NCBI GenBank assembly: GCA_040756905.1
Contig: JBFLYD010000044.1
Span: forward strand, 2,718-66,717
DNA length: 64,000 nt
Origin: Acidobacteriota bacterium
GTDB taxonomy: Bacteria; Acidobacteriota; Aminicenantia; JBFLYD01
Direction: 5' to 3'
Shown: one piece after another, positions 49,158 to 57,850 of the stretch
How positions within the stretch are numbered: position 1 is the first letter of the stretch
How the letters are laid out: every line of letters starts with the position of its first letter
Notes under the pieces: generated by a model
Databases searched by the model: none
What the model saw: only the letters and a program-made list of their open reading frames with translations
Told to the model about the DNA's origin: nothing
Made by a program: the position numbers and the translations under genes

Positions 49158-49345
49158 TTTTTATTTCTCAATTCCTCTTTTTTTATTTGAATATGTTCTT
49201 GATAAACTTCACATTTAAGATAATCTTTACAGGTGCAATATCTCTCTTTTTCTGATCGACTGGGAACAATTATTTTTTTCTCAAATACCTTGCAATATCT
49301 CATCACTGTTTCTTCATAGAAAGGGCACTTCATTTTTATTTCCAT
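49154..49345 (-). CDS. Small Cys-rich protein (5 Cys), first ORF after the sigma-54 promoter
   Basis: MEIKMKCPFYEETVMRYCKVFEKKIIVPSRSEKERYCTCKDYLKCEVYQEH... ATG 49333 (MKCPFYEE) is the more likely start, given the promoter geometry. Confidence 0.55.
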   Translation of the reverse strand: MEIKMKCPFYEETVMRYCKVFEKKIIVPSRSEKERYCTCKDYLKCEVYQEHIQIKKEELRNKK

Positions 49346-49359
49346 CCATTATTTTTAAA

Positions 49360-49374
49360 GCAAATTTAGTGCCA
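49360..49374 (-). promoter_or_regulatory. Sigma-54 (-24/-12) promoter
   Basis: The minus strand reads TGGCACTAAATTTGC, a perfect TGGCAC-N5-TTGC. It lies downstream of an NtrC-family activator gene carrying GAFTGA. Confidence 0.7.
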
Positions 49375-49592
49375 ATCATTATTTTGACAAAATAAGTTAA
49401 ATTAAAATATTGTAATTGATTGAATTTTAAGGATTTGTAATTAATAAAATTTTTTGATAGGGATTTATAGAATTATTAAGAGAAGTTGATTTGTATTAAA
49501 TATGTTTAATATTTATACATTAAATCTATTCTTCTAAAAAGAAGAGTACAAATTATGGAAAAAGAAGAGTCTGTTTCAAATTGACTAAGGCT

Positions 49593-49635
49593 CTAAGGGG
49601 ACGGGAATGCATCAGAATTAAATGCGTTTGAATTA
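49593..49635. repeat. Family C repeat fragment, copy C2
   Basis: AAGGGGACGGGAATGCATCAGAATTAAATGCGTTTGAATTA lies in the intergenic region upstream of the sigma-54 promoter. Confidence 0.65.
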
Positions 49636-49714
49636 GTAGAAGTGGAATGAGTAAAGGTGTGGATCTTTAAAGATTAGTTGTTCTGATAATAACTGTATAA
49701 TTATTATACATATT

Positions 49715-51070
49715 TTATTTTTTTAATTTATATTTTTTAATTTTATTGTAAAGAGTTAATCTTTCTACCCCTAAAATCCTCGCACTTTTGCTGATATTCC
49801 AGTTATTTTCATTTAAAATATTGGATATATAATCTTTTTCAATTTCGTTTAATGATTTTTTTAAAGAGGGCATATTAGATTCCATTTTTGTTTTTTCAAT
49901 TATTGTCGGAGGAAGATCTTCGGGTTTAATAATTTTATCCTTGCATAAGATAACCAATCTCTCAATCATATTTTCTAATTCTCGGATATTCCCTGGCCAT
50001 TCATATTCCATTAGTAAATTCATTGCAGCAGGAGATATCGACTTTTTATCTCTACCCGATTCAAGACTATATTTAGTCAAGAAATGATCGACAAGAAGAG
50101 GTATATCTTCTTTTCTTTCTTTCAATTCAGGGAGGTATATGGGAATAACATTTAAACGATAAAATAAATCTTCTCTGAAAGTGCCATTTTTTACTGCTTC
50201 TTCTAAATTTTTATTACTCGAGGTAATAATGCGAATATCTATTTTTATTAATTCTGAGCCACCAACTCTTCTAAATTCTCTTTCTTGTAGAACCCTTAAC
50301 AGATGTATTTGTGTCTCAAGACTCATATCACCTATTTCGTCAAGAAATAATGTTCCACCATTGGCGAGCTCAAAACGTCCTTTTTTTGTATAAATAGCCC
50401 CTGTAAAAGCCCCTTTCTCATGGCCAAACAATTCACTTTCCAGGAGTTCTCTTGGGATAGCTGCACAATTGGCTGCGATAAAAGGTTTATTCCAGCGCTG
50501 GCTTTTTTGGTGAATTGCTCTTGCAATTACCTCTTTCCCAGTGCCACTCGCTCCTTGAATCAGCACAGTAGCGTTGCTATCAGCTATATTTTCAACTAAC
50601 TCTAAAATTTTCTTCATCTGATGACTTTTTCCAACAATATTTTTTAGACTATACCTATCTTCTAACTGTTGTCGTAACTGAATATTTTCAGCTTCTAATT
50701 GTTGATATTTAACTATTGTTTTTACTGTCAACTCAATTTCGTCTAAGGAAAATGGTTTAATTAAATAATTATATGCTCCTTCCCTCATAGCTTTTATGGC
50801 TGTTTCTATTGTGGCATAGGCTGTCATAATTATTACTGCCACCCCTGGATTTATTTTTTTGATAGCCTGGAGAACTTCAAGGCCATCTTTTCCAGGCATC
50901 TTAAGGTCTATAAAGGCTACATTGAAGGATTCTAATCTGATTTTTTCAATGGCATCTTTTCCATTTGCTGCAACAATAACATTGTATCCCTTTTCTTTTA
51001 ACCAATCTGACATGGTGTTTCGCATGATAGCTTCATCATCTGCAATTAATATATTAACCTTTTTATTCAT
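49715..51070 (-). CDS. Sigma-54-dependent response regulator (REC-AAA+-Fis HTH, NtrC family)
   Basis: 451 aa with the REC domain (ILIADDE...DLKMPGKDG), Walker A GASGTGKE, GAFTGA in GHEKGAFTGA, and a C-terminal HTH (ISKSARILGVERLTLYNKIKKY). Confidence 0.95.
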   Translation of the reverse strand: MNKKVNILIADDEAIMRNTMSDWLKEKGYNVIVAANGKDAIEKIRLESFNVAFIDLKMPGKDGLEVLQAIKKINPGVAVIIMTAYATIETAIKAMREGAYNYLIKPFSLDEIELTVKTIVKYQQLEAENIQLRQQLEDRYSLKNIVGKSHQMKKILELVENIADSNATVLIQGASGTGKEVIARAIHQKSQRWNKPFIAANCAAIPRELLESELFGHEKGAFTGAIYTKKGRFELANGGTLFLDEIGDMSLETQIHLLRVLQEREFRRVGGSELIKIDIRIITSSNKNLEEAVKNGTFREDLFYRLNVIPIYLPELKERKEDIPLLVDHFLTKYSLESGRDKKSISPAAMNLLMEYEWPGNIRELENMIERLVILCKDKIIKPEDLPPTIIEKTKMESNMPSLKKSLNEIEKDYISNILNENNWNISKSARILGVERLTLYNKIKKYKLKK

Positions 51071-52793
51071 TTATATTTTCTCTCTTGAGAGGTAGTTTAA
51101 TAATAAAGGTTGTTCCTTTATTTACTTCACTCTGGACTTCAATACTCCCATCGTGCTCATCTATGATTCCGTAGACAACCGATAATCCTAAACCTGTTCC
51201 TTTTCCTTGGGGCTTAGAACTGAAAAAGGGGTCAAAAAGGTAGGGTAAATTCTCTTGGGGGATTCCATATCCTGTATCAACAATTCCAATTTCAATGGTA
51301 TTTCTTTTTTGATTATACTTAGAAAAAATCTTTAATTCTCCTCCTTTCGGCATAGCTTCCATAGAGTTTAAAATTATATTCATTAAAGCTTGATGAATTT
51401 GATGAGCATCAGCAAATATTTGAGGTAGATTATGTTCTAATTCTTTAAATATAATGATATTCTGAATCGAAGCCTGAGGTTCAATAAGAGCGATTAATTC
51501 TTGTATAACTGTATTAACATCCATTAGGGCAGGATTAATCTTGGGAGGTCTTGAAAATGCGAGAAAATCACGGACAATTTTTATGCATCGATTTAATTCT
51601 TGCTCAGAAGCTTTCAAATACTTAATCGAATCAATATAATCTTTTGGTTTGGGGTTAGACTTGTTAATCTTTGTGGAAATCAATTTCAAACAATTTGAGA
51701 TTCCGCTGAGGGGATTATTTATTTCATGGGCTACCCCTGCAGCCAATTGTCCCACTGCCGCTAATTTCTCTGACCTTATAAGCTTTTCCTGTTGCTTTTT
51801 GATCTCCTGATCATGTCGCCTCAACATCTTAACAATTCTTTTTGAAACAAATATGGTAAAGTTAATAATAGCCACAATTGTTATAAAATTAATTAGTAAA
51901 AATATATTTCTTAAGTGGTAAATTGTCTTGAATGCTTCTGATCTATCCTGCTCAACCATCAGACACCATTCCATGTTAGGTATCCAGTAGTAAGCTCCTA
52001 AAACAATTTTATTTCTATAATCAACATACTCACCCACACCGGATCTACCTTTTTTGCATTCTTGGGTTCCTTTAGTTGATATTTTCTTTTTTAAAATATA
52101 GCCTGGTTCAAATTTTGATTCGGTAAGAAAAAATCCATCTTTGTTAACCAAATAACTCTCACCAGTTTTACCTATTTCAATGTCTTGCATTAATTTGTGA
52201 ATAGACTCTAATTTGATTCTTTCAGCTAATACACCCATTATTTCATTTTTAAAATTTCTAATCGGTGTTGCAACAATCATAGTTGGTTTATTAATGCTTG
52301 GGGATGAGTAAACATTTGTATTGAAAGTTTTTCCATTTAAGACTTCATGAAAATAATTTATTTCTCCAATAATATCTTTAGTTTTTCCAGTAGTGATAAG
52401 CATCTGCCCCTTTCTATTTAATATAAAAATTTCATTGTAACAACCATATTTGTTTTTTACAAATTGAAGATGTGCTTTTAGATTAACATAGTTTTTTTGG
52501 TTAATATCTATGTTGGGATATGGATTTTTTATATCATTAAAAAATTTTATTACTTCAGATGAGCGGGCAAAGACTTCAGCATCAGCATGGCGTTCGAACA
52601 GCCATTTCTGTATTGCGATACCTTTATTTTTAGCTATTTCAAAAAGATGAGTGGAAATAATATTATGGAGAGAATTTCTAAAACTGTAGTAGGAAACTAA
52701 AGAAATCGTAAGTAATGGAGTTAGAGATAGAAATAGAAATAGAATAATGAAAGACTTTTCAAGAGCTCTATATCTATCCTTTTCTGTTCTCAT
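51063..52793 (-). CDS. Sensor histidine kinase with periplasmic Cache-like domain
   Basis: 576 aa with two TM segments flanking a Cache-like sensor of about 270 aa. It has the H-box AAGVAHEINNPL and HATPase N/G boxes (DTGYGIP, GTGLGLS). It overlaps the regulator gene. Confidence 0.9.
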   Translation of the reverse strand: MRTEKDRYRALEKSFIILFLFLSLTPLLTISLVSYYSFRNSLHNIISTHLFEIAKNKGIAIQKWLFERHADAEVFARSSEVIKFFNDIKNPYPNIDINQKNYVNLKAHLQFVKNKYGCYNEIFILNRKGQMLITTGKTKDIIGEINYFHEVLNGKTFNTNVYSSPSINKPTMIVATPIRNFKNEIMGVLAERIKLESIHKLMQDIEIGKTGESYLVNKDGFFLTESKFEPGYILKKKISTKGTQECKKGRSGVGEYVDYRNKIVLGAYYWIPNMEWCLMVEQDRSEAFKTIYHLRNIFLLINFITIVAIINFTIFVSKRIVKMLRRHDQEIKKQQEKLIRSEKLAAVGQLAAGVAHEINNPLSGISNCLKLISTKINKSNPKPKDYIDSIKYLKASEQELNRCIKIVRDFLAFSRPPKINPALMDVNTVIQELIALIEPQASIQNIIIFKELEHNLPQIFADAHQIHQALMNIILNSMEAMPKGGELKIFSKYNQKRNTIEIGIVDTGYGIPQENLPYLFDPFFSSKPQGKGTGLGLSVVYGIIDEHDGSIEVQSEVNKGTTFIIKLPLKRENINE

Positions 52794-52940
52794 TTCATTA
52801 ATTATTGTTTAATATTTATACACTATAATTATTCGCTGATTTCAGTAAATTGTCAATTTAATAAATTTAAACCATATTATTCGGGGCAACAAAATTCTAT
52901 AAGTTTCCTCTTTTTCTAAAAGAATTCTCTTAAGCGGAAA

Positions 52941-53038
52941 TTTATGAAGTTGGGGAGAGGATTAAAGCTTGCCCCATACTTGATACGGGGGTGAGGGATC
53001 ATACTGAGAATGTAATAAAACTTTTTGCGTTTGTATTA
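52941..53038. repeat. Family C repeat, copy C3
   Basis: GGGGAGAGG...GGGGGTGAGGG ... GCGTTTGTATTA. The CGTTTGTATTA end (53028-53038) lies 10 nt from the gdh stop. Confidence 0.6.
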
Positions 53039-53047
53039 ATCTATTTT

Positions 53048-54307
53048 TTAGACCCAGCCTCTTAACTTCATTGCCTCTGCAACTCTTTCTATTGCCACTA
53101 CATATGCTGCCATTCTATGGTGCACTTTATATTTTTTAGATGTTTCGAGAGTATCATGGAAGGCTTTTGTCATTTTTTTGTCTAATTTCTCGTGAACTTC
53201 TTCCTCAGTCCAATAATATCCGTATAAATTTTGAACCCATTCAAAGTAAGAAACTGTTACTCCTCCAGCATTACATAGAAAGTCAGGAATTACAAATACA
53301 CCTTTTTTATATAGAATTTCATCAGCATCAGGAGTTGTAGGGCCATTTGCTAATTCAGCAGAAATTTTGGCTTTTACATTAGGAGCATTTCCCCCTGTTA
53401 TTTGATTTTCAAGCGCTGCAGGGAAGAGTATATCCACATCTAATTCAAGAATCGCTTCATTTGATATTGGTTTTGTTTTTGGGAAATTGATAACTGAGCC
53501 TGTTTTTTTCTTAAAGTTATTTACTTCTTCGGGATCAAGACCATCTGGATTGAAGATTCCCCCTTTTGAATCACTTACAGCGACTACTTTAGAACCGAAC
53601 ATTTCTTCTACTAATTTTGCTGCATAATATCCAGCATTACCATATCCTTGAATCGCAACAGTTGCTTTTTTTAAATCAAGACCTAAAACTTTGGCAGCCT
53701 CTCTAACAGTATACATTCCTCCTCTTGCAGTAGCATCGCCTCTTCCAGCTGATCCTCCTAAAGCAACAGGTTTTCCTGTAATTACTCCAGGAGCACTATG
53801 TCCAACAATTTTGCTGTATTCATCCATCATCCAAGCCATAATTTGAGGATTAGTATAAACATCAGGTGCAGGTATATCTTTTTCTGGACCAATAAATGTT
53901 CCAATGGCACGAATATAACCCCGACTTAATCTTTCCAATTCGCCTTCTGACATTTCTTTTGGATTACAAATAACCCCTCCTTTTCCTCCTCCATAAGGGA
54001 GGTCTACCATGGCTGTTTTCCAGGTCATCCATGCAGCCAAAGCCTTAACTGTATCGATGGTTTCATCAGGATGGAATCGAATTCCACCTTTAGTTGGTCC
54101 TTTGGCATCATTGTATTGGACTCGGAATCCTCTGAAAACTTTTACTGTTCCATCATCCATCTTAATGGGGATGGAAACATGAAGTTCTCGCATAGGTTCG
54201 CGTAGCATCGCATGCACCCCAGGATCCAACTTAATGATTTTTGCAGCCTCATCCAATTGGGCTTGAGCCACCGCAAATGGATTAAGAGACTCTTTGTTTT
54301 TATTCAT
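53048..54307 (-). CDS. gdh: Glutamate dehydrogenase (paralogue 1)
   Basis: 419 aa with the catalytic Lys region [11 protein letters not shown], plus GGGKGG and the Rossmann motif QGYGNAG. Confidence 0.9.
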   Translation of the reverse strand: MNKNKESLNPFAVAQAQLDEAAKIIKLDPGVHAMLREPMRELHVSIPIKMDDGTVKVFRGFRVQYNDAKGPTKGGIRFHPDETIDTVKALAAWMTWKTAMVDLPYGGGKGGVICNPKEMSEGELERLSRGYIRAIGTFIGPEKDIPAPDVYTNPQIMAWMMDEYSKIVGHSAPGVITGKPVALGGSAGRGDATARGGMYTVREAAKVLGLDLKKATVAIQGYGNAGYYAAKLVEEMFGSKVVAVSDSKGGIFNPDGLDPEEVNNFKKKTGSVINFPKTKPISNEAILELDVDILFPAALENQITGGNAPNVKAKISAELANGPTTPDADEILYKKGVFVIPDFLCNAGGVTVSYFEWVQNLYGYYWTEEEVHEKLDKKMTKAFHDTLETSKKYKVHHRMAAYVVAIERVAEAMKLRGWV

Positions 54308-54339
54308 AATAAATCCTCCTTGTATATAAAAATTTAATT

Positions 54340-55662
54340 TTAGGCATATAAGCCTCTTATTTCCGATGTCTTTATCACTCTTTTTATTGCCACTATGTAT
54401 GCGGCTACTCTCATGCTGACTTTTAAATCTAAAGATGTTTTTAGGACATTATTAAACGCCTGATCCATTATTCTTTTTAAATCTTCAATAACTTTTTCTT
54501 CTGACCAGTAATATCCCATTCTATTCTGAACCCATTCAAGATAGGATACCGTCACGCCGCCTGCGTTGCATAATATATCTGGTATGATAAAAATTCCTTT
54601 CCTGCTTAGAATATCATCTGCTTCTACGGTTGTTGGTCCATTGGCTCCTTCGGCAATAATTTTTGCTTTGATTCTTTCTGCATTTTTTTCTGTTATCTGA
54701 TTCTCCAGGGCCGCTGGAATGAGGATATCAACTTTAAGCTCTAAAAGATCCATGGGATTTTTCAATTTTTTTACCTTTAAAAATTTCTCCAGATCTTTTA
54801 AAGAACCTTTCTCTACTGCATACTTCACTACAGCCTCTATATCCAATCCATTCTCATTGTAAAAAGCTCCGTTTATGTCAGAAATTGTAATTATTTTACA
54901 TCCTTCCTTGGATAGAAGCTTTGCTGTGTTTGAACCGACATTTCCAAACCCCTGAATTGCAACAGTTGATTTTCTTAAATCCATTTTTAAATACTCTAAA
55001 GCTTTTTTTATGGTGAATAATATTCCCCATGCAGTGGCTTCAATCCTTCCCTCAGAACCTCCTATTTCAAGGGGTTTCCCTGTTACAACCCCTGGAATGT
55101 ATTCTCTGAAGTGCATTGAATAGGTATCCATGTACCATCCCATTATCTGGGGGTTTGTGTTTACGTCAGGCGCAGGAACATCTTTGTCAGGACCAAATAG
55201 TTCAATCATATCTGCGAAGTATCTTCTTGATAATCTTTCTAATTCTGCCTCTGATAATTTTTTTGGGTCAACTACTACTCCTCCTTTGGCTCCTCCCATC
55301 GGGATGTTGACAACAGCGCATTTGTATGTCATCCAGAAAGCCAGAGCTTTTACCTCTTCCAGGTTAACATCCGGATGGTATCTCACACCTCCTTTTGCTG
55401 GTCCTCTTGCCACATTGTGTTGTACTCGATATCCTTTAAAAATCTTTATTGAATTGTCATCCATTCTGACAGGGAGGTTAACTTCAACAATTCTTCTGGG
55501 CTCTTTTATCATTGCAATCTGATTTTCATTTAATTCTAAAATATTTGCAGCTCTTTCAAATTGCTTTAAGGCATTTTCAAAGGCGGAAGAGGTTTGTTTT
55601 CCATCCTCGTATAATTCACATCTTATTCTCTTGTAGAACTGTTTTCTTGATTCCCGAGCCAT
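54340..55662 (-). CDS. gdh: Glutamate dehydrogenase (paralogue 2, about 20-aa longer N-terminus)
   Basis: 440 aa containing [17 protein letters not shown] and QGFGNVG. It is collinear with paralogue 1. Confidence 0.88.
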   Translation of the reverse strand: MARESRKQFYKRIRCELYEDGKQTSSAFENALKQFERAANILELNENQIAMIKEPRRIVEVNLPVRMDDNSIKIFKGYRVQHNVARGPAKGGVRYHPDVNLEEVKALAFWMTYKCAVVNIPMGGAKGGVVVDPKKLSEAELERLSRRYFADMIELFGPDKDVPAPDVNTNPQIMGWYMDTYSMHFREYIPGVVTGKPLEIGGSEGRIEATAWGILFTIKKALEYLKMDLRKSTVAIQGFGNVGSNTAKLLSKEGCKIITISDINGAFYNENGLDIEAVVKYAVEKGSLKDLEKFLKVKKLKNPMDLLELKVDILIPAALENQITEKNAERIKAKIIAEGANGPTTVEADDILSRKGIFIIPDILCNAGGVTVSYLEWVQNRMGYYWSEEKVIEDLKRIMDQAFNNVLKTSLDLKVSMRVAAYIVAIKRVIKTSEIRGLYA

Positions 55663-55734
55663 TTAGGAAACCACAAAATAACCTAAAACCTACATATTGT
55701 CAAGTTCGGCGTGCTCTGGGTGTGTTATTAGTTC

Positions 55735-55763
55735 TTGACTTGATCAAGATATTAATTTATAAG
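55735..55763 (+). promoter_or_regulatory. Sigma-70-like promoter (TTGACT-17-TATAAG) for the TPR lipoprotein gene
   Basis: TTGACT (55735-55740) and TATAAG (55758-55763) are separated by 17 nt. GGAGG lies at 55781-55785, ahead of the ATG at 55791. Confidence 0.4.
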
Positions 55764-55790
55764 ATAATAGAAAATGTGAAGGAGGTTTTT

Positions 55791-56777
55791 ATGAAGAGAG
55801 AATATTTAATTTCAGCAGGAGTGATAATTCTTTTTATATTTTTCATAAGTTGCCAGAAGTTGAGTATTAATAATTTAAAAGCAAATTATCATTTTAAAAA
55901 AGCAAACAAATTATATTCTGACCAGAATTATAAAAAAGCCATTGAAGAATATGAGGAAACGATGAAATATGCTCCAAATTTAGCCTCTGCCCATTTTTAT
56001 CTTGGTTCTTGTTATCAACTTCTTTTTAAACCTGGAATAGAGAGTGAAGATAATAAAAAGAAAGCTGAAAAAGCGATTGAACATTTTAATAGAGTTTTAG
56101 AGTTAGACCCAAATAATAAAGATGTTTTTTATAATTTAGGGGATATATATGATAGGTTGAGAAATTTTGAGCAGGCAGAAAAATACTACAAAAAAATTCT
56201 TGAGTTGGATCCTAAAAATTCTAACAATTATTATGTGGTTGCAGAATTTTATAACAAATACGATAAAGATGACCAGGCAGTGAAGATGTATTTAAAGAGA
56301 ATCGAACTGGACCCTTCAAACCCAGAAGGATACTCTTATCTTGCAAGTTTTTATAGCAATAAAATCAATGTATTAACAGATTTAGAAAAAGCAAAAGATT
56401 ATATGAGAAAATCAATTGAAATTCATGAGAAAAGAGTTGCCCTTGATCCGAACAATGCTGAAGCTTTTTATTCCCTTGGGGTAACTTGCTGGGCGATGAG
56501 TTACAGGGTTATGCCCAATGAAATAAATGAAGAGAGAAGAGCAATTATTGAGAAGGGGATAAAGGCATTGGAAAAATCAATTGAATTAGCCCCTGATTAT
56601 CCAGATCCTAACGCATGGGCAGGTCTTCTTTATAGAGAGCTGGCAAAAGTTGATATAAAGAATGAAAAGAAATACAAACAAATAGCTGAGGATTATCTAA
56701 GAAAACATAATGAAGTTAGGGAAAGAAAGCTCGAAAAAGAAAAGCTTTTGGAACAGATGAGGGCTGTAACCCGATAA
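55791..56777 (+). CDS. TPR-repeat lipoprotein
   Basis: I place the start at ATG 55791 (MKREYLISAGVIILFIFFISC, with the lipobox FISC). Multiple TPR units follow (AIEEYEETMKYAPNLASAHFYLGSCY...). The track extension to 55512 is antisense to gdh and is rejected. Confidence 0.7.
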   Translation: MKREYLISAGVIILFIFFISCQKLSINNLKANYHFKKANKLYSDQNYKKAIEEYEETMKYAPNLASAHFYLGSCYQLLFKPGIESEDNKKKAEKAIEHFNRVLELDPNNKDVFYNLGDIYDRLRNFEQAEKYYKKILELDPKNSNNYYVVAEFYNKYDKDDQAVKMYLKRIELDPSNPEGYSYLASFYSNKINVLTDLEKAKDYMRKSIEIHEKRVALDPNNAEAFYSLGVTCWAMSYRVMPNEINEERRAIIEKGIKALEKSIELAPDYPDPNAWAGLLYRELAKVDIKNEKKYKQIAEDYLRKHNEVRERKLEKEKLLEQMRAVTR

Positions 56778-56823
56778 ATTAATACAAATTGAGTTCCTCG
56801 ATTAAACCATTAACTTAAAACTT

Positions 56824-57009
56824 AGTGTGCTGTTACATAAATTTCTTTACAAACAAACAATTTCTCATAAAGCACACTGAAGGGGTATGGGGAAGGAACT
56901 TCTCAATGTATGGGAGGTGCTCAGCGAAGCGTCTAAGGAGATCTTTCTCCCAGAGGGAAAGTGTCGTGTTACATCAAAATCACAAAAAGTATTTAAGTGA
57001 CACGACATT
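56824..57009 (+). repeat. About 186-bp structured intergenic element, family A copy 2
   Basis: It has the same architecture as 19918-20107, with identical blocks of 26 and 37 nt. The 3-prime hairpin AGTGTCGTGTTAC (56960-56972) pairs with GTGACACGACATT (56997-57009) and carries a compensatory A-T to G-C change. Confidence 0.8.
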
Positions 57010-57028
57010 AGGTTAAATAAAAAAGTTA

Positions 57029-57703
57029 ATGTTAATACCTTTAAAAGATGAAAACCCGACACGGTCTTTTCCATTTATTACTGTAACATTTATCGCTTTA
57101 AATATTCTAATTTTTTTATATCAATTATTATCTCCTGAGGGGCTGAATTATTATGTACTGAGGTTAGGCGCGATTCCTTATGAATTCACTCATTTTAAAA
57201 CCCTCCATTTCAGGCAGGACATTATTCCTTTAACAACCCTTTTTACATCGATGTTCATGCACGGAGGATTTTTTCACATTATAGGTAACATGCTCTATCT
57301 CTGGGTATTTGGAAATAATGTAGAGGATTTTCTTGGCACTTTAAAATTTATCCTGTTCTATGTCCTGGCAGGATTGGTAGCTACTTTCTCCCATGTAATT
57401 TCTAACCCCAATTCAAAATATCCATTAATCGGTGCTTCAGGAGCGATAGCAGGGGTTCTTGGGGCCTATCTTGTGCTTTTTCCATATGCAAGAATAAGAA
57501 CTCTGGTTTTTTTATTTTTTTTAATCAGGGTGGTTGATATTCCAGCAGCCTTTTTTCTACTTTTCTGGTTTTTCATGCAGGTTCTCTATGCAGGAATGGG
57601 AGGAGAGGTGGCCTGGTTTGCCCATATAGGGGGATTTCTTTTCGGTTTCCTTGCAATAAGGGCTTTTATCAAAAGAAGAGGGAGAAGGATTTATTATCAT
57701 TGA
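57029..57703 (+). CDS. Rhomboid family intramembrane serine protease
   Basis: 224 aa with 6 TM helices, HGGFFHIIGNMLYLWVFG, the catalytic GASGAIAG and AHIGGFLFG. Confidence 0.9.
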   Translation: MLIPLKDENPTRSFPFITVTFIALNILIFLYQLLSPEGLNYYVLRLGAIPYEFTHFKTLHFRQDIIPLTTLFTSMFMHGGFFHIIGNMLYLWVFGNNVEDFLGTLKFILFYVLAGLVATFSHVISNPNSKYPLIGASGAIAGVLGAYLVLFPYARIRTLVFLFFLIRVVDIPAAFFLLFWFFMQVLYAGMGGEVAWFAHIGGFLFGFLAIRAFIKRRGRRIYYH

Positions 57704-57715
57704 ATCCGTAAAAAA

Positions 57716-57798
57716 GGGGCAGGCTTCTTATTTAATCATATAGAAATCATCTAAAGTTTTAATCAACACTTAAATAAGTAGCCTGTCCCCTTTTTTTT
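57716..57798. terminator. Long-stem intrinsic terminator, bidirectional (A-run / stem / T-run)
   Basis: GGGGCAGGCTTCTTATTTAA (57716-57735) pairs with TTAAATAAGTAGCCTGTCCCC (57770-57790), with one bulge and one mismatch. It is flanked by A6 upstream and T8 downstream, between convergent genes. Confidence 0.6.
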
Positions 57799-57850
57799 GA
57801 CTTTTTCTTGATTATGCAAAGCTAAAGCTTTGCCCTACTCACAGTTCTAT

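Noticed and set aside
55512-55790. N-terminal 93-codon extension of the TPR lipoprotein ORF
   Set aside because: It is antisense to the GDH paralogue and crosses the intergenic promoter region. A proper SD, ATG and lipoprotein signal peptide begin at 55791.
56825-57074. Two overlapping ORFs (63 aa plus strand, 69 aa minus strand) between the TPR lipoprotein and rhomboid genes
   Set aside because: Both lie on family A repeat copy 2. The homologous copy at 19918-20107 has no corresponding open frame, so the conservation is at the nucleotide or structure level.
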